Assembly: GCA_965248535.1 (NCBI GenBank)
Contig: CBDFJR010000002.1
Span: 1,568,001-1,632,000 of the forward strand
Direction: 5' to 3'
Length of the DNA: 64,000 nt
Source of the DNA: Phormidesmis sp.
GTDB lineage: Bacteria > Cyanobacteriota > Cyanobacteriia > Leptolyngbyales > Leptolyngbyaceae
The stretch's first letter is position 1. The number at the start of each line of letters is the position of its first letter. Shown here in pieces: positions 30,433 to 41,875 of this stretch. The notes under the pieces were generated by a model that was given only the letters and a program-made list of their open reading frames with translations, made no database searches and was not told where the DNA came from. The position numbers and the translations under genes are program-made.

Positions 30433-30457
30433 GGGCACGGCAGTGCCATGCCCTTAC
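30433..30457. repeat. REP-like palindrome overlapping the nth stop codon
   Basis: GGGCACGGCAGTGCCATGCCCTTAC, 24/25 identical to 14486-14510. Confidence 0.75.
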
Positions 30458-31155
30458 ACAAATGGCTTTACTAGGCTATCGGCTTCTAGAGTTGGCTTTT
30501 TAGATAGGTTTGCAGACGGACAGAGGTCGGCAAGCTCACAGCGATCGCACTGTGGATTTCGAGCCATGCAGGTTGCGCGACCGTGATAGATAATCCGAAT
30601 TGACCAATTTTCCCAGTCAGGTTGAGGAATCAGCTTGATCAAATCTCGCTCGACTTTGACGGGATCAGTGTTTTTGGTCAGTCCGAGTCGGTAGGTTAAT
30701 CGCTTAACGTGCGTATCGACCGTGACCCCCAGATTTACACCGTAGGCGTGAGCAGAGACGACGTTAGCCGTTTTGCGCGCCACCCCCGGAAGCTTGAGCA
30801 AATCTTCCATCGTTCTCGGCACTTGACCCTTAAACTCAGTCATGATCATCTGACACGCCGCCTGGATGTTCTTCGCTTTGTTGCGATAAAACCCCGTAGA
30901 GCGCACCAGATTTTCAAGCTCTGTCAAGTCTGCACCCGCCAGAGCCGTCGCATCGGGAAATCTGCGAAATAACTCTGGGGTCACTAAGTTAACTCTCGCG
31001 TCAGTGCACTGAGCCGACAAGATCGTCGCCACCATTAATTGAACGGGCGTTTCATAATCCAACGTGCACGGAGCTTGGGGGTAGAGACGCTTGAGACGAA
31101 TCAGAATCTCCAATGCCCGCTGTTTTTTGGCAGAAATCTTGCGCGTGATGCTCAC
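30454..31155 (-). CDS. nth: Endonuclease III
   Basis: LSAQCTD, HhH LPGVARKTANV, VDTHV, Fe-S motif CMARNPQCDRCELADLC. Confidence 0.96.
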   Translation of the reverse strand: MSITRKISAKKQRALEILIRLKRLYPQAPCTLDYETPVQLMVATILSAQCTDARVNLVTPELFRRFPDATALAGADLTELENLVRSTGFYRNKAKNIQAACQMIMTEFKGQVPRTMEDLLKLPGVARKTANVVSAHAYGVNLGVTVDTHVKRLTYRLGLTKNTDPVKVERDLIKLIPQPDWENWSIRIIYHGRATCMARNPQCDRCELADLCPSANLSKKPTLEADSLVKPFV

Positions 31156-32231
31156 TATTGGGGAATCAGATTAACGGTGTCTCGAATGATCAGAAAAACA
31201 CCCAAGCCCAGCAGCAGCACCAATCCAGTTTGCATTACGCCATCTTGAATGCGGCTTGGCAAAGGTTTTCCACTGATGCCCTCAATGAGCAGAAAGGCGA
31301 GTTGCCCTCCATCTAAAGCAGGCAAAGGCAAAATGTTGATAACAGCTAGGTTAATGCTGATCAGAGCCGCAAAATTAAACAAGCTAGCAGAATCGGATTG
31401 AGCGATTTTGGCACCCGTCGCCACGATCGCCACCGGGCCGGCCACCTGCTCTGCGGTTTTGCTAAAGTTGCTGATCAATTGTCCAAATCCCTGCACTGTC
31501 AGCACGACAATACGCTGAAACTCTTCGGCCGCGATGCCAAAAATGCTCAAAAGATTGCTCGGACGCTGGTAGACTGTTTGACCATTGGGGCGAAGCTGCA
31601 CGCCAATCCGGCCTTTGCCTTGATCATCGGCTTTGGGGGTCAGGGTTAGCGAGACGGCCTCTCCTTGCCGCTGAATCTGTAGCTGAATGGGCTTGCCAGG
31701 GCTAGACTCGATCGCTCGGCGCAACGCCTCGGTTGCCTTCGCCGAAGCCTCTAGAGTCTGACCATTGACCGCGACAATCAAGTCGCCTTCTTTGACCCCC
31801 GCTTGGGCAGCGACCGCATCTTTAGTCACCACTTGCGGCACAATCACACCTGCTTGATAGTTAAAACTGGTGGGCAACCCCACGATCGCGAGTTGCGTCA
31901 CCAGCACCAGATAGGCAAACAAAAGATTAGAGACTACGCCCGCACTGATCACGATCGCTCGATCTAAAACAGGACGATTTCGCAGCAGATTGGGGTCATT
32001 AGGCGGAATTTTGCTATCGGGATCGTCATCAGGAAAACCCACAAAGCCGCCTAGGGGCAAGGCACGCAGGGCATATTCGGTTTGTGATCCCTGATATTTC
32101 CACAAAATAGGGCCAAACCCGATCGAGAAACGATTTGCATAAATACCCTGGAGTCGTGCAGCCAGGAAGTGACCCAGTTCATGCACAAAGATCAGAACTG
32201 CGAGAAGGGCAACAACAGCCAAAACTGACAT
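31155..32231 (-). CDS. rseP: RIP metalloprotease RseP (M50 with PDZ)
   Basis: HELGH and NILPLPALDGG motifs plus a PDZ region. Confidence 0.95.
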   Translation of the reverse strand: MSVLAVVALLAVLIFVHELGHFLAARLQGIYANRFSIGFGPILWKYQGSQTEYALRALPLGGFVGFPDDDPDSKIPPNDPNLLRNRPVLDRAIVISAGVVSNLLFAYLVLVTQLAIVGLPTSFNYQAGVIVPQVVTKDAVAAQAGVKEGDLIVAVNGQTLEASAKATEALRRAIESSPGKPIQLQIQRQGEAVSLTLTPKADDQGKGRIGVQLRPNGQTVYQRPSNLLSIFGIAAEEFQRIVVLTVQGFGQLISNFSKTAEQVAGPVAIVATGAKIAQSDSASLFNFAALISINLAVINILPLPALDGGQLAFLLIEGISGKPLPSRIQDGVMQTGLVLLLGLGVFLIIRDTVNLIPQ

Positions 32232-32337
32232 AGGCTCAGACCTGTAAGCTCCGATGAAGACATCTCTCTATTCTAGAGCGCAAGCTGAGTCGTCACAAAA
32301 CTTCACTCCAAAATTGATCCAAAGAAGGAGAACGGGA

Positions 32338-33618
32338 TCAAAGGGTTTCGCGCTTTAGATAAGGCTGCAACACCTCTGGGAGACGAACGCTACCGTCGGG
32401 CTGCTGATAGTTTTCTAAAACGGCCGCCATAGTCCGACCGACCGCTAACCCTGACCCGTTGAGCGTATGGACAAATTGCGTCCCTTTTTGCCCAGCTTCT
32501 TTAAAGCGAATGTTGCCGCGTCGAGCCTGAAAATCGAAAAAGTTTGAGCAACTCGAAATCTCGCGATAGGTGGCCGTTGAAGGCAACCAAACCTCTAGGT
32601 CATAGCATTTTGCAGCCCCAAAGCCCAAATCTCCGGTGCAAAGCTCGATCGTGCGATAGGGCAATTTCAGCGCCTCCAGAATCGCTTCGGCATTTTTCAC
32701 AAGCGCCTGATGTTCTTGCTCAGAGGTGGTGGGGTGAACAATCTTGACCAGCTCCACTTTATTAAACTGGTGCAACCGAATCAGCCCGCGAGTGTCTCTG
32801 CCATAGCTGCCCGCCTCACGCCGAAAGCAAGGCGTATAGGCACAGTGATAAATCGGCAAACTGTCTGACGACAGCACATCATCTCGATAGAGATTAGTGA
32901 CGGGCACCTCAGCCGTCGGCGCTAGCCACAGATCGTCGTCACTGCACTTAAAGCTTTCTTCAGCGAATTTGGGCAACTGTCCGGTTGCGGTGAGCGATTG
33001 AGTGTTGATTAAAAACGGCGGCGAAACTTCAAGGTAGCCTGCGGCAATTTGGCGATCGAGCATAAATTGAATCAACGCCCGCTCTAGAGCAGCGCCTGCC
33101 CCAAATAGCGCCACAAATCGAGTTTGAGCGACTTTTGTGGCTCGTTCGGTGTTCAAAATGCCTAGCTTTTCGCCAATCTCATAGTGAGGCAGAAAACTTT
33201 CACCCTGCGGTTTGAATTCATCGCCCCACCGCCGCACTTCGACATTTTCGGTTTCATCTTTCCCGATCGGGGTTGACTGACTCGGCAAGTTTGGCAGCGT
33301 CAGCAAGAGCGTCTCAATCTGAGCCTTCAGATCTTTTTCTCGTGGCTCTAACTCACTCAACTCGGCTTTGATCTGGTTGCCTTCATCACGCAGGGTTTGA
33401 ATTTCGGCGCTATTGGGATCGCTGCCTGATTTGATCTGCTGTCCGACTAATTTGCCAATCTCATTGCTGCGGGCTTGGAGGCTCGATCGGGTCTTCTCAA
33501 TTTCTCGCTGCTGTTGGTCAAACTGCACGATCGGCTGAATGTCATAGCTGCCGTTACGCTGGCTGAGTTTCTCTTGAACAAATTCTGGATTTTCGCGGAT
33601 TAGCTTCAGGTCAAGCAC
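32338..33618 (-). CDS. serS: Seryl-tRNA synthetase
   Basis: (M)[56 protein letters not shown] start at 33618. Confidence 0.97.
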   Translation of the reverse strand: MLDLKLIRENPEFVQEKLSQRNGSYDIQPIVQFDQQQREIEKTRSSLQARSNEIGKLVGQQIKSGSDPNSAEIQTLRDEGNQIKAELSELEPREKDLKAQIETLLLTLPNLPSQSTPIGKDETENVEVRRWGDEFKPQGESFLPHYEIGEKLGILNTERATKVAQTRFVALFGAGAALERALIQFMLDRQIAAGYLEVSPPFLINTQSLTATGQLPKFAEESFKCSDDDLWLAPTAEVPVTNLYRDDVLSSDSLPIYHCAYTPCFRREAGSYGRDTRGLIRLHQFNKVELVKIVHPTTSEQEHQALVKNAEAILEALKLPYRTIELCTGDLGFGAAKCYDLEVWLPSTATYREISSCSNFFDFQARRGNIRFKEAGQKGTQFVHTLNGSGLAVGRTMAAVLENYQQPDGSVRLPEVLQPYLKRETL

Positions 33619-33700
33619 AGATCTTTCTCGATTGAAATGGGTTTCGCCATCCCTTAGGATACCGCGCAGACGAGAGGATGCGGTGAAAAACTCCTCGTTC

Positions 33701-33732
33701 AGACCTCCGACTGCTTGAGAAGTGGGAGGTCT
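33701..33732. repeat. Short palindromic dispersed repeat between GH57 and serS
   Basis: AGACCTCCGACTGCTTGAGAAGTGGGAGGTCT hairpin. Confidence 0.6.
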
Positions 33733-33737
33733 TTGCA

Positions 33738-35987
33738 TTAAGGAACCGAAATGGGGATCAGGGCATTCTCTGGCAGATATTGGCGATAGCGTCCGCCATC
33801 CGACAACACCGCAACCATCCGCAGCGCATAGTCAGGGTGCACTTGCAGATCGGCCCAAGGAATGCTGATTTCTAGACATTTATCGAGGCCGATTTGAGCG
33901 CGAGTCGCACGAGATGACCAGCGAAAATCATCGGCCGCTTCTTGAAGCCAAACAGTTTGGGTCAGCAGATTAACGCCCAAATGGTGATGAAACTGATAGT
34001 TCAACGGCGCTTCATCTGGCAGATCGACCAGGGGAATCGGGCTGTTTCGCATTGAGCGATCGGCATAAAACCAGAATAGATTTAACTCTGGCGGACAATC
34101 GATCCCCGGTCGCACGCCTGCCCTAAAGTCAAGACGCAGGTAGAAATTAATGTGATCTAGCCCATACCAAAGCCGTTGAATCTCGCTGCTTTGGTGCATT
34201 GTGCCCCGTGCGCCCCCGACCTCAATGCGTCCTGCTTTATCCCAGTCTTGTTCGTCGCCGCGGCCATCTACGACCGGGTGAATAAACCCTTGGGGTGCAT
34301 GGTCACCCTGTTGGGCGTGCACCTCAACCGGACGGCGCACGTTATCAGGAATCGGCTCGTCTAGCGCTTGATAAAGAGCCGCTAAATGCTCTCGAAAAAG
34401 CTGGTCAAACATGGCATCTTGGTTAGACGAATGCCCTTCACCAAACCACCAAAACCAGTCAGAGCCTTCGGCAGCATAGAGCGCTTCCCAGGCTTGGGGG
34501 TTGGCGGCTTCGGTCGCTTCGGGGTGATTGGCTAACACTTGACGAGCTGTGGTCAGCAAATCCCAAGCGCGATTTTTGGCGGGGTCGCCGATCCACGTTG
34601 TGAAACTGCCATCAACCCAAGAGCCGCTGTGTAACTGGTCAGCAGGAATGATCTCCGTAGGCGGAAACTGCTCAGTAAACTCAGAAACGGTGACTAGCTT
34701 CAAGTCGGAATGATTGCTCAGAGTTTGATAGAGAGCCTCTAAAAATGGCTTGCCATCTTGAGGGTAGAACTCCCAGCAGTTTTCGCCATCTAGGGCGATC
34801 GTCACTAACCACGGTTGCTCTAACGTTGTCCCGTTGCCGTTGCGCTGCTTGAGCGATCGGGCGATCGCTTCTAAATGCCCCACCAGATCAGACGCGGCTC
34901 GTTTTGGCTCCATCGCGCTGTAGGTAAAGCCGATTAAGTCAGACAAGCGGTGATCTCGAAACACGATCGCCAAATCGCCCGCCGGAGTCTGCAAGCGATA
35001 GGGACGGTAGAGCATTTCAGGATCGTAAACCGTGCCCGTCTCATCGCGATTAAAGAAGTGCTTAAGCGACCAACCCAAAACGGCTTCATCAGAGCAGAGC
35101 CACTTAAACCCTTCTTTAGCCACATAGGGCAAAATCTCTGGACTCACCGACTGCTCAGACGGCCACAGCCCCCGCGGCGCTTGCCCAAACCTCTCTTCAT
35201 ACATCTGCCAGGCTCGTCTAAGGTGACGCGGAATATCTTCGGCAAACTGAAACCGTCGCTCAGGTAGCGCCATCTGAGGCACGGCCACCCGACCCGCGTT
35301 GGTGTCTGCCAGCAGCGGCAAAATCGGGTGCGTGTAGGGCGATGTGATCACCTCAAGCTGTCCGCTCTCCTGCATTTTGCGATGCTGCGGCACAATGCGG
35401 CTGAGAATTTCTCGATGCTTAGAAATGATTTGCTGGCGATCGCTCAGACTAAACCCTTTGCCTTTTTCTAGCCAGCCTGCCACTTCAGGATCACTCCAAA
35501 AGAGGGGATCAATCCACGCCAGGTTATGCCACGCCAGCAGATCGCTATAGTCATGAGCGTTCCAGTTTTCTTTACACCAGTCTCGACCTCGATCTTGACG
35601 TTGCCCATAGAGTTCTGCGTAGCGAGGATGGGGGTCAATCAGAGTGTGGTGATTAGCATCAAAGAAATGCTCGACGATGAACGCTTTTTGGTCAGAGTTG
35701 AGTTGCTCGATCGGGGTTAGCGTCAGCGCCAGATAGGGGTCGATCGCCGTTCCTGCCACATAATCCTCAATCTGAAGAATCAGCGAGGGGACTAAGTTAA
35801 CGGTCTGGTGCAGCTTGGGATACTGCTCTAGCAATAGCACCAGGTCTAGATAATCTTTCGTCCCGTGTAGGCGCACCCAAGGCAGACGATATTTTCCTTC
35901 TGAAGTGCTAGAACCCTCACCGCCTCGACTCTTATAAAGGGGCTGGTGCTGGTGCCAGATGAAGGCGACGTGCAGAGGATGTGACAT
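33738..35987 (-). CDS. Glycoside hydrolase family 57 (amylopullulanase-like)
   Basis: [36 protein letters not shown]. Confidence 0.92.
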   Translation of the reverse strand: MSHPLHVAFIWHQHQPLYKSRGGEGSSTSEGKYRLPWVRLHGTKDYLDLVLLLEQYPKLHQTVNLVPSLILQIEDYVAGTAIDPYLALTLTPIEQLNSDQKAFIVEHFFDANHHTLIDPHPRYAELYGQRQDRGRDWCKENWNAHDYSDLLAWHNLAWIDPLFWSDPEVAGWLEKGKGFSLSDRQQIISKHREILSRIVPQHRKMQESGQLEVITSPYTHPILPLLADTNAGRVAVPQMALPERRFQFAEDIPRHLRRAWQMYEERFGQAPRGLWPSEQSVSPEILPYVAKEGFKWLCSDEAVLGWSLKHFFNRDETGTVYDPEMLYRPYRLQTPAGDLAIVFRDHRLSDLIGFTYSAMEPKRAASDLVGHLEAIARSLKQRNGNGTTLEQPWLVTIALDGENCWEFYPQDGKPFLEALYQTLSNHSDLKLVTVSEFTEQFPPTEIIPADQLHSGSWVDGSFTTWIGDPAKNRAWDLLTTARQVLANHPEATEAANPQAWEALYAAEGSDWFWWFGEGHSSNQDAMFDQLFREHLAALYQALDEPIPDNVRRPVEVHAQQGDHAPQGFIHPVVDGRGDEQDWDKAGRIEVGGARGTMHQSSEIQRLWYGLDHINFYLRLDFRAGVRPGIDCPPELNLFWFYADRSMRNSPIPLVDLPDEAPLNYQFHHHLGVNLLTQTVWLQEAADDFRWSSRATRAQIGLDKCLEISIPWADLQVHPDYALRMVAVLSDGGRYRQYLPENALIPISVP

Positions 35988-36060
35988 AAGAATTGGGGCG
36001 TGAGTTTTGAGTGATGTGTTCTAAGGTAGATCAAAACTCACCCCTCAAAACTCAAATCTG

Positions 36061-36303
36061 CTACATAACTTGCTCGACTTCTTCAATTTCAGGGATGAAT
36101 TCGCGCAGACGACGCTCGATCCCCATCTTGAGGGTCATCGCCGAACTGGGGCAAGAACCGCACGCTCCTTGAAGTCTGAGCTTGACGATCGGGCCGTCTA
36201 ACTCGACTAGCTCGACGTTGCCGCCATCTGCCATGAGATAGGGCCGCAGTTCATCCAGCACGGTTTCAACGTTTTCTGGAGTCAGGGTTAGCGTTTGAGA
36301 CAT
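36061..36303 (-). CDS. nfu: NifU-like (Nfu) Fe-S cluster scaffold
   Basis: [13 protein letters not shown] and [11 protein letters not shown]. Confidence 0.93.
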   Translation of the reverse strand: MSQTLTLTPENVETVLDELRPYLMADGGNVELVELDGPIVKLRLQGACGSCPSSAMTLKMGIERRLREFIPEIEEVEQVM

Positions 36304-36407
36304 AGTTCACCTTTGGGACTGTAGTTTAGGCTGGTTGATCTCGATCGTAGCGGCTGAGCTTGGAGTTTGAGAACCTGACGCGATCGGGCCTCAAACTCTC
36401 AAATCTT

Positions 36408-37061
36408 CTAGACCAAGGCTGGCTCTAAGAGTTTCACATTAGAGAACCCAAACTCACTCGTTTGGATCTGACCATCTTGCTCAGTGCGGATCACGCGCTT
36501 GGTCAAGATGTAGTAGTTGCCCACTTTTTCGTAGTGATCTTCAAAATCACTTTTGCCACCTTTCGCCTCGCCCGTTTGGGGATCGCTATAAACTGAGTCA
36601 TAGCGCTCAGAAAGATAGCCTTCGCCCGTGTCGTGACTGCTAAACGTGTGGATGGTGACCACAATATCGCGAATGTGACGGTGCACAAGACTCACTTCAT
36701 TGTTGTGAACCTTGTAGCGATCGCCCATCGCCGTTCCTTTAACCAAAATCTCAACAGCCCCCGTCTCGTCGGTTTCCCCTAGGGTGAAGACGTTCTTGCT
36801 GTGGGTTTCTTCAAAGGTGCGGCGAACCCGATGAATCGAGGTTTCCCACAGTTGCCCGTGAATCTCTTTCTTGACTTCTTCATCGTCAATATCAGAGACT
36901 TCAGCCTTCATACTTCCGTCGATGCGAGCCTTGGCAGTGTAAACGTCGTCGCCTTTTTTATAGGTGACATCCATCGTATAGCCCGGAAAGTCTTTGTCCC
37001 AGGTATAGCGGTTTTCATAAGCAGCACGAAACAGTTCGCGAGCTTCCATTGGTTCTGTCAT
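36408..37061 (-). CDS. Conserved hypothetical protein (DUF3386-like)
   Basis: ARELFRAAYENRYTWD N-terminus; GGAG ribosome-binding site upstream. Confidence 0.75.
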   Translation of the reverse strand: MTEPMEARELFRAAYENRYTWDKDFPGYTMDVTYKKGDDVYTAKARIDGSMKAEVSDIDDEEVKKEIHGQLWETSIHRVRRTFEETHSKNVFTLGETDETGAVEILVKGTAMGDRYKVHNNEVSLVHRHIRDIVVTIHTFSSHDTGEGYLSERYDSVYSDPQTGEAKGGKSDFEDHYEKVGNYYILTKRVIRTEQDGQIQTSEFGFSNVKLLEPALV

Positions 37062-37126
37062 GAAACGCTCCTTAATCTCCTTCTCTAGTTTAAGGAGTTT
37101 AGGGGCAATTGCGGAGAAATCGAGCG

Positions 37127-38938
37127 TCAGCCTAACATCATTACAGGTTCTTGAGCGAGGGGAACGGTGAACGTGACCGTCGAGCCTAATCCCTCACCCA
37201 TGCTATAAAAGTTGACTACGCCGCCCATCGCTTCTACGAGTCGCTGAGAGATCGCCAGTCCTAGTCCAGTGCCGCCATATTGCCGGGTCAGAGAGCCATC
37301 AACCTGACTAAACGACTGAAACAGCTTGTCTTGCTTCTCTAACGAAACCCCAATTCCGGTGTCAGCAACCCGCACTTTCACCATGCCCGGAAGCTCTCGG
37401 TCTTGAACCACGACTCGTTTTTTGACGACTTCTACCGTGATTGTGATGCCGCCCTCGTGGGTGAACTTGATCGCGTTGTTGACCAGGTTCAGCATCACTT
37501 GTTTTAGACGCTGGTAGTTAGCATAGAGAATAATCTCGTCGTAAGTTGACGGTTTATGAATCTCAAAGCTGAGATTTTTTTGCTGCGTGCTGGCAAACTT
37601 TTCAACATCGCCCAAGACTTCATCAAGTTTGACGTGGCTGAGATCAATCTGCATTTTTCCAGCTTCGATCTTGGCAATGTCCAACACGTCTTCAAGAATA
37701 TCGCCTAAATGCAGAGCCGAGTTGTGGGCTTCTTGAGTAAACTCTCGTTGCTCTTCGGGGTCGTCTGCCATGCCGTCAAGAATCAGCTTGAGAAAGCCAA
37801 TCATGCCGTTGAGCGGCGTTCGCAACTCGTGAGAAGTGTTGGCTAAAAATTCGCTTTTGAGACGAGATGCTTCCTCTGCTTGATGACGAGCTTCTTCAAG
37901 TTCCCGGTGTTTTTGCAGCAGATTGCTGTTGACTCGCTGAAGCTCGATCGCCAGATTTTGACTCTCGGCAAAGAGAGAAGCGTGAGCGATCGCGGTGCCC
38001 ACCTGATCGGCTAGCTCTTGCATAAACTCAATTTCGGCTGAAGTCCACGATCGGGTACGATCGCACTGATAAAGCACAATTACGCCATTGGGTTGCTCTT
38101 GATAAAACGTTGCCACCATCAGCCGAGTTTGAGGCAACCGCTCGCGCTCTGCCAGATCGCTCGTCGCGCAGATGGTTTGGCTGCGGTCGATCACCGGAGC
38201 CGCACTCAAAGGGTTTAGCGTGGCCACAACCTTCCGCAAATCTGCATCGTCGGCTAGAGAAAACTTCATGCCCAAGAGCGATTCTAACGATGCTTGACGA
38301 TATTCGGCGACCACTTCAATCTCAGAACTCAGGGCCGCAAACGGACAGATTACACATCGACTCACGCCCAAGGCTTTGCCAAGCCCGTCAACAGTCTGCT
38401 GCCAAATGGTGGATAGGTCTAGGGTGCGGCGAATCGTCCAGGCAATTTGCGTCAAAAGTTTTTGGTAGCGATCGGAGCGCGGAGCCAGCGTCACAGGCGG
38501 AGAACAATCGTCTGGGATCGGCTCATTCAGTGTGTGAGGAAGGTGTTTCCCAGTCACAATTACTAGTGAAGCCTGCCCTCTAGGAGACAAAATCGGACTC
38601 ATGAGCAACTCAGCTAGCACCGTCTGATCGCGATAGCGACACAAGCAGCGAAACTGCTCTGGAGTCTGGTTGTCTAACACCCGGTTGAGTCGCTCTAAGT
38701 AGGGCACGATCGCAACGGGTGCAACTGCCTCTAGACTTCTCACTGCTGGCTCAGGCTCTAGCGGGTGACCTGCATCTTGCCAATAAAAAGACAGCACGTT
38801 TCCCGCTGCATCTTGAGTCATCACCCACTCGGCAACGCTCTCTAGATCAGTCGAAACCTCAGGGCTTGAGGGAGAATTGTCCGATCGGAGGCTTGAAAAA
38901 GTCACAGAAGAAACCATCTCACTGAAAGCTAGAACCAA
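37127..38938 (-). CDS. Cytoplasmic GAF-domain sensor histidine kinase
   Basis: GAF region (IRRTLDL...QLADQVGTAIAHA-like), KSEFLANTSHELRTPLNG, NAIKFT, DTGIG, GGTGLGL. Confidence 0.9.
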   Translation of the reverse strand: MVLAFSEMVSSVTFSSLRSDNSPSSPEVSTDLESVAEWVMTQDAAGNVLSFYWQDAGHPLEPEPAVRSLEAVAPVAIVPYLERLNRVLDNQTPEQFRCLCRYRDQTVLAELLMSPILSPRGQASLVIVTGKHLPHTLNEPIPDDCSPPVTLAPRSDRYQKLLTQIAWTIRRTLDLSTIWQQTVDGLGKALGVSRCVICPFAALSSEIEVVAEYRQASLESLLGMKFSLADDADLRKVVATLNPLSAAPVIDRSQTICATSDLAERERLPQTRLMVATFYQEQPNGVIVLYQCDRTRSWTSAEIEFMQELADQVGTAIAHASLFAESQNLAIELQRVNSNLLQKHRELEEARHQAEEASRLKSEFLANTSHELRTPLNGMIGFLKLILDGMADDPEEQREFTQEAHNSALHLGDILEDVLDIAKIEAGKMQIDLSHVKLDEVLGDVEKFASTQQKNLSFEIHKPSTYDEIILYANYQRLKQVMLNLVNNAIKFTHEGGITITVEVVKKRVVVQDRELPGMVKVRVADTGIGVSLEKQDKLFQSFSQVDGSLTRQYGGTGLGLAISQRLVEAMGGVVNFYSMGEGLGSTVTFTVPLAQEPVMMLG

Positions 38939-39126
38939 AACACTAAAGCCAGAAAATCTAGAATTGACAGTGAACTGAGGCGATGAGCATCGGTTTAGAC
39001 CTAATTCACAAAGCTAGAGAGTCACCAAAAACCATTTGGTTTAACTAAACTCGATCATCCAACTCACGCTACTCTAGCTTCCATCAAGCTTGCACCTGGC
39101 GACAAGTGTCTAAGACGACACTCTAG

Positions 39127-39357
39127 CTAGTCGTTCCACTCGCCCCTAGGAGGCACCGGAGGATTGCGTTGAAAGCTCCGAGAAGACTCTTCATCTCGAT
39201 GAGTCTCACTGCGTAACCATTGCCGAATCGCCACTTCGACGATTTTGCTGGGGTCGTTTGTCAAGTGCTTAATCTGCTCAAGTAGCTCTGAGTCGATGTG
39301 AATCGATAGCTCTACTTTATCGATGGCTGGGTAAGAGTGCATGGCTGGGTCATTCAT
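39127..39357 (-). CDS. Small ribbon-helix-helix-like protein
   Basis: KVELSIHIDSELLEQIK...SKIVEVAIRQWL pattern. Confidence 0.65.
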   Translation of the reverse strand: MNDPAMHSYPAIDKVELSIHIDSELLEQIKHLTNDPSKIVEVAIRQWLRSETHRDEESSRSFQRNPPVPPRGEWND

Positions 39358-39657
39358 CAGTAAAAACCGTGGATTCCGTCTTGATATCGCCCAAACTTAA
39401 GTGCTAGTTTAACCGACTGATCGAACTTCTGGAAAATTGAGCAAACTTTTACGTCATTAAGGATCGGATCAAGGGGGTGATTGGCGAGTCTAAAGCAGTG
39501 TGAATGAGGGGTTACCCACGATCGAGAATCCTGCAATAAGACTGAGAAAAGGATTAAACTATCTAAACATTGCCGATCAAGTGCAGCCTGTTGGATGCTC
39601 TAAACCCACCGCGCACCCCGCGATAATTCTTTATTTCACCCTTTTACCCTGGAGTCT

Positions 39658-41469
39658 ATGACAGACGTTCCCGTCAGCCGCATCCGCAACTTTTCGATCA
39701 TTGCCCACATCGATCACGGCAAATCAACGCTGGCAGACCGTCTTCTACAAGCGACGGGCACCGTCGATGCGCGGGAAATGAAGGAACAGTTCCTCGACAA
39801 TATGGATCTAGAGCGTGAACGCGGCATCACCATCAAACTGCAAGCCGCTCGCATGGACTACATCGCCAAAGACGGGCAAAACTATGTGCTTAACCTGATC
39901 GACACGCCGGGGCACGTAGATTTTTCCTATGAGGTGTCGCGATCGCTAGCCGCCTGTGAAGGTGCGCTCCTTGTCGTCGATGCTTCCCAAGGGGTCGAGG
40001 CTCAAACCCTAGCAAACGTCTATCTGGCCCTAGAAAATAATTTAGAGATTATTCCCGTTCTCAACAAAATTGACCTGCCGGGAGCAGAACCCGATCGGGT
40101 CAGAAAAGAGATCGAAGAAATCGTCGGACTCGATTGCAGTGGCGCAATTTTGGCATCCGCTAAAGAAGGCATTGGGATTCCAGAAATTTTAGAGCAGATC
40201 GTGCAGTTGGTGCCACCGCCCGCAGACACCACCGATCAGCCCCTGCGCGCTTTAATTTTTGATAGCTACTATGACGCTTATAGAGGTGTGATTGTCTACT
40301 TTCGGTTGATGGATGGACAGCTAAAACAGGGCGACAAAGTGCGCTTAATGGCATCGGGCAAAGAGTTTGTCATTGATGAGCTAGGAGTGCTGTCGCCGAC
40401 TCAGGTCAAAGTCGATGCTCTCCACGCCGGGGAAGTGGGTTATCTAGCGGCTTCTATCAAAGCTGTCGAAGATGCCAGGGTTGGTGACACCATTACGCTA
40501 GCTAACAAACCCGCTTCAGAAGCGCTTCCGGGCTATATAGAAGCCAAGCCAATGGTCTTTTGTGGGATGTTTCCCATTGATGCCGATCAGTTTCCTGAAC
40601 TGCGCGAGGCTCTAGAAAGACTCAAGCTCAATGATGCCGCCCTCCACTATGAGCCAGAAACCTCAAGTGCAATGGGGTTTGGCTTCCGATGTGGTTTTTT
40701 GGGCTTGCTGCACATGGAAATTGTGCAAGAGCGGCTAGAGCGAGAATACAACCTGAATTTAATTATCACGGCTCCATCCGTGGTCTATCAAGTCACAACG
40801 CTGAAAGGCGAAGTGATTTATATTGACAATCCCAGCAAATTGCCTGACCCGCAGCATCGCGAAAAAATTGAAGAACCCTACGTTCAGTTAGACATCATCA
40901 CGCCAGAAACCTATGTGGGTGTGCTGATGGAGCTATGTCAAACTCGGCGAGGCATCTTCAAAGACATGAAGTATATGACTCCGGGACGCACAACGCTGAT
41001 CTACGAGGTGCCCCTAGCTGAAGTGGTGACTGACTTTTTTGACCAACTGAAGTCTCGATCGCGGGGCTATGCCAGCATGGAATATCAGCTAATTGGCTAT
41101 CGAGAAAACTTTTTGGTGAAGCTAGATATTCTGATCAATGGCGATCCCGTCGATCCGCTGGCGACGATCGTGCATCGAGATAAAGCCTATGCAGTGGGAC
41201 GGGCGCTAACCGAGAAGCTCAAAGAACTGATCCCTCGTCACCAGTTTAAGATTCCGATTCAGGCCACGATCGGCAGCAAAGTGATTGCCAGTGAGCACAT
41301 TCCGGCCATTCGCAAAGATGTGCTCGCCAAGTGCTATGGCGGCGACATTTCGCGAAAGAAAAAGCTTCTCCAAAAGCAAGCTAAGGGCAAGAAACGCATG
41401 AAAGCGATCGGAACCGTAGATGTGCCCCAAGAAGCTTTTATGGCCGTGTTGCGAATCACCCAAGAGTAG
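39658..41469 (+). CDS. lepA: Elongation factor 4
   Basis: [20 protein letters not shown] and [14 protein letters not shown]. Confidence 0.98.
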   Translation: MTDVPVSRIRNFSIIAHIDHGKSTLADRLLQATGTVDAREMKEQFLDNMDLERERGITIKLQAARMDYIAKDGQNYVLNLIDTPGHVDFSYEVSRSLAACEGALLVVDASQGVEAQTLANVYLALENNLEIIPVLNKIDLPGAEPDRVRKEIEEIVGLDCSGAILASAKEGIGIPEILEQIVQLVPPPADTTDQPLRALIFDSYYDAYRGVIVYFRLMDGQLKQGDKVRLMASGKEFVIDELGVLSPTQVKVDALHAGEVGYLAASIKAVEDARVGDTITLANKPASEALPGYIEAKPMVFCGMFPIDADQFPELREALERLKLNDAALHYEPETSSAMGFGFRCGFLGLLHMEIVQERLEREYNLNLIITAPSVVYQVTTLKGEVIYIDNPSKLPDPQHREKIEEPYVQLDIITPETYVGVLMELCQTRRGIFKDMKYMTPGRTTLIYEVPLAEVVTDFFDQLKSRSRGYASMEYQLIGYRENFLVKLDILINGDPVDPLATIVHRDKAYAVGRALTEKLKELIPRHQFKIPIQATIGSKVIASEHIPAIRKDVLAKCYGGDISRKKKLLQKQAKGKKRMKAIGTVDVPQEAFMAVLRITQE

Positions 41470-41875
41470 CCGAGGATCATTCAGCAAGACTCGATGCTCG
41501 GTGGGGACACTCCCTGCCCACCCGCCGTGCAAATCACCAAGTCCTAGTGGATAAATTAGGGAATAGGCTGTTTTTTAGAAACTGCCGCCATTTCATCATC
41601 AGTCAGGGTGCCAGCTTTAAGATTTAATGAAGTCTGCTAGTCAAGGTAACCTTTCATGCAAGCTTTTTGCTAAGGTTCTACTGAAAATGTCAATCCTTCC
41701 TCCGTTAGGTTATGGAAGGATCTCTGTCGTCATACCCAGTCTGAGTGTTGTGTATCGGCACACTCGCTTCTGGGTACACTCTTGGCATGGAATGGAACAA
41801 TCATCTACCTCAGCCTTTAATGAAAGGTGATCTCGGCCCGTTTGCCCATTTGCACTTCAATAGCTTACTGAAACT

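Noticed and set aside
33619..33738. 40-aa N-terminal extension of SerRS coupled to the GH57 stop codon
   Set aside because: The extension runs through a palindromic repeat; the canonical SerRS N-terminus begins at GTG 33618.
37127..38938. Assignment as cikA or a photoreceptor
   Set aside because: No C-terminal receiver-like domain and no recognisable bilin-binding motif.
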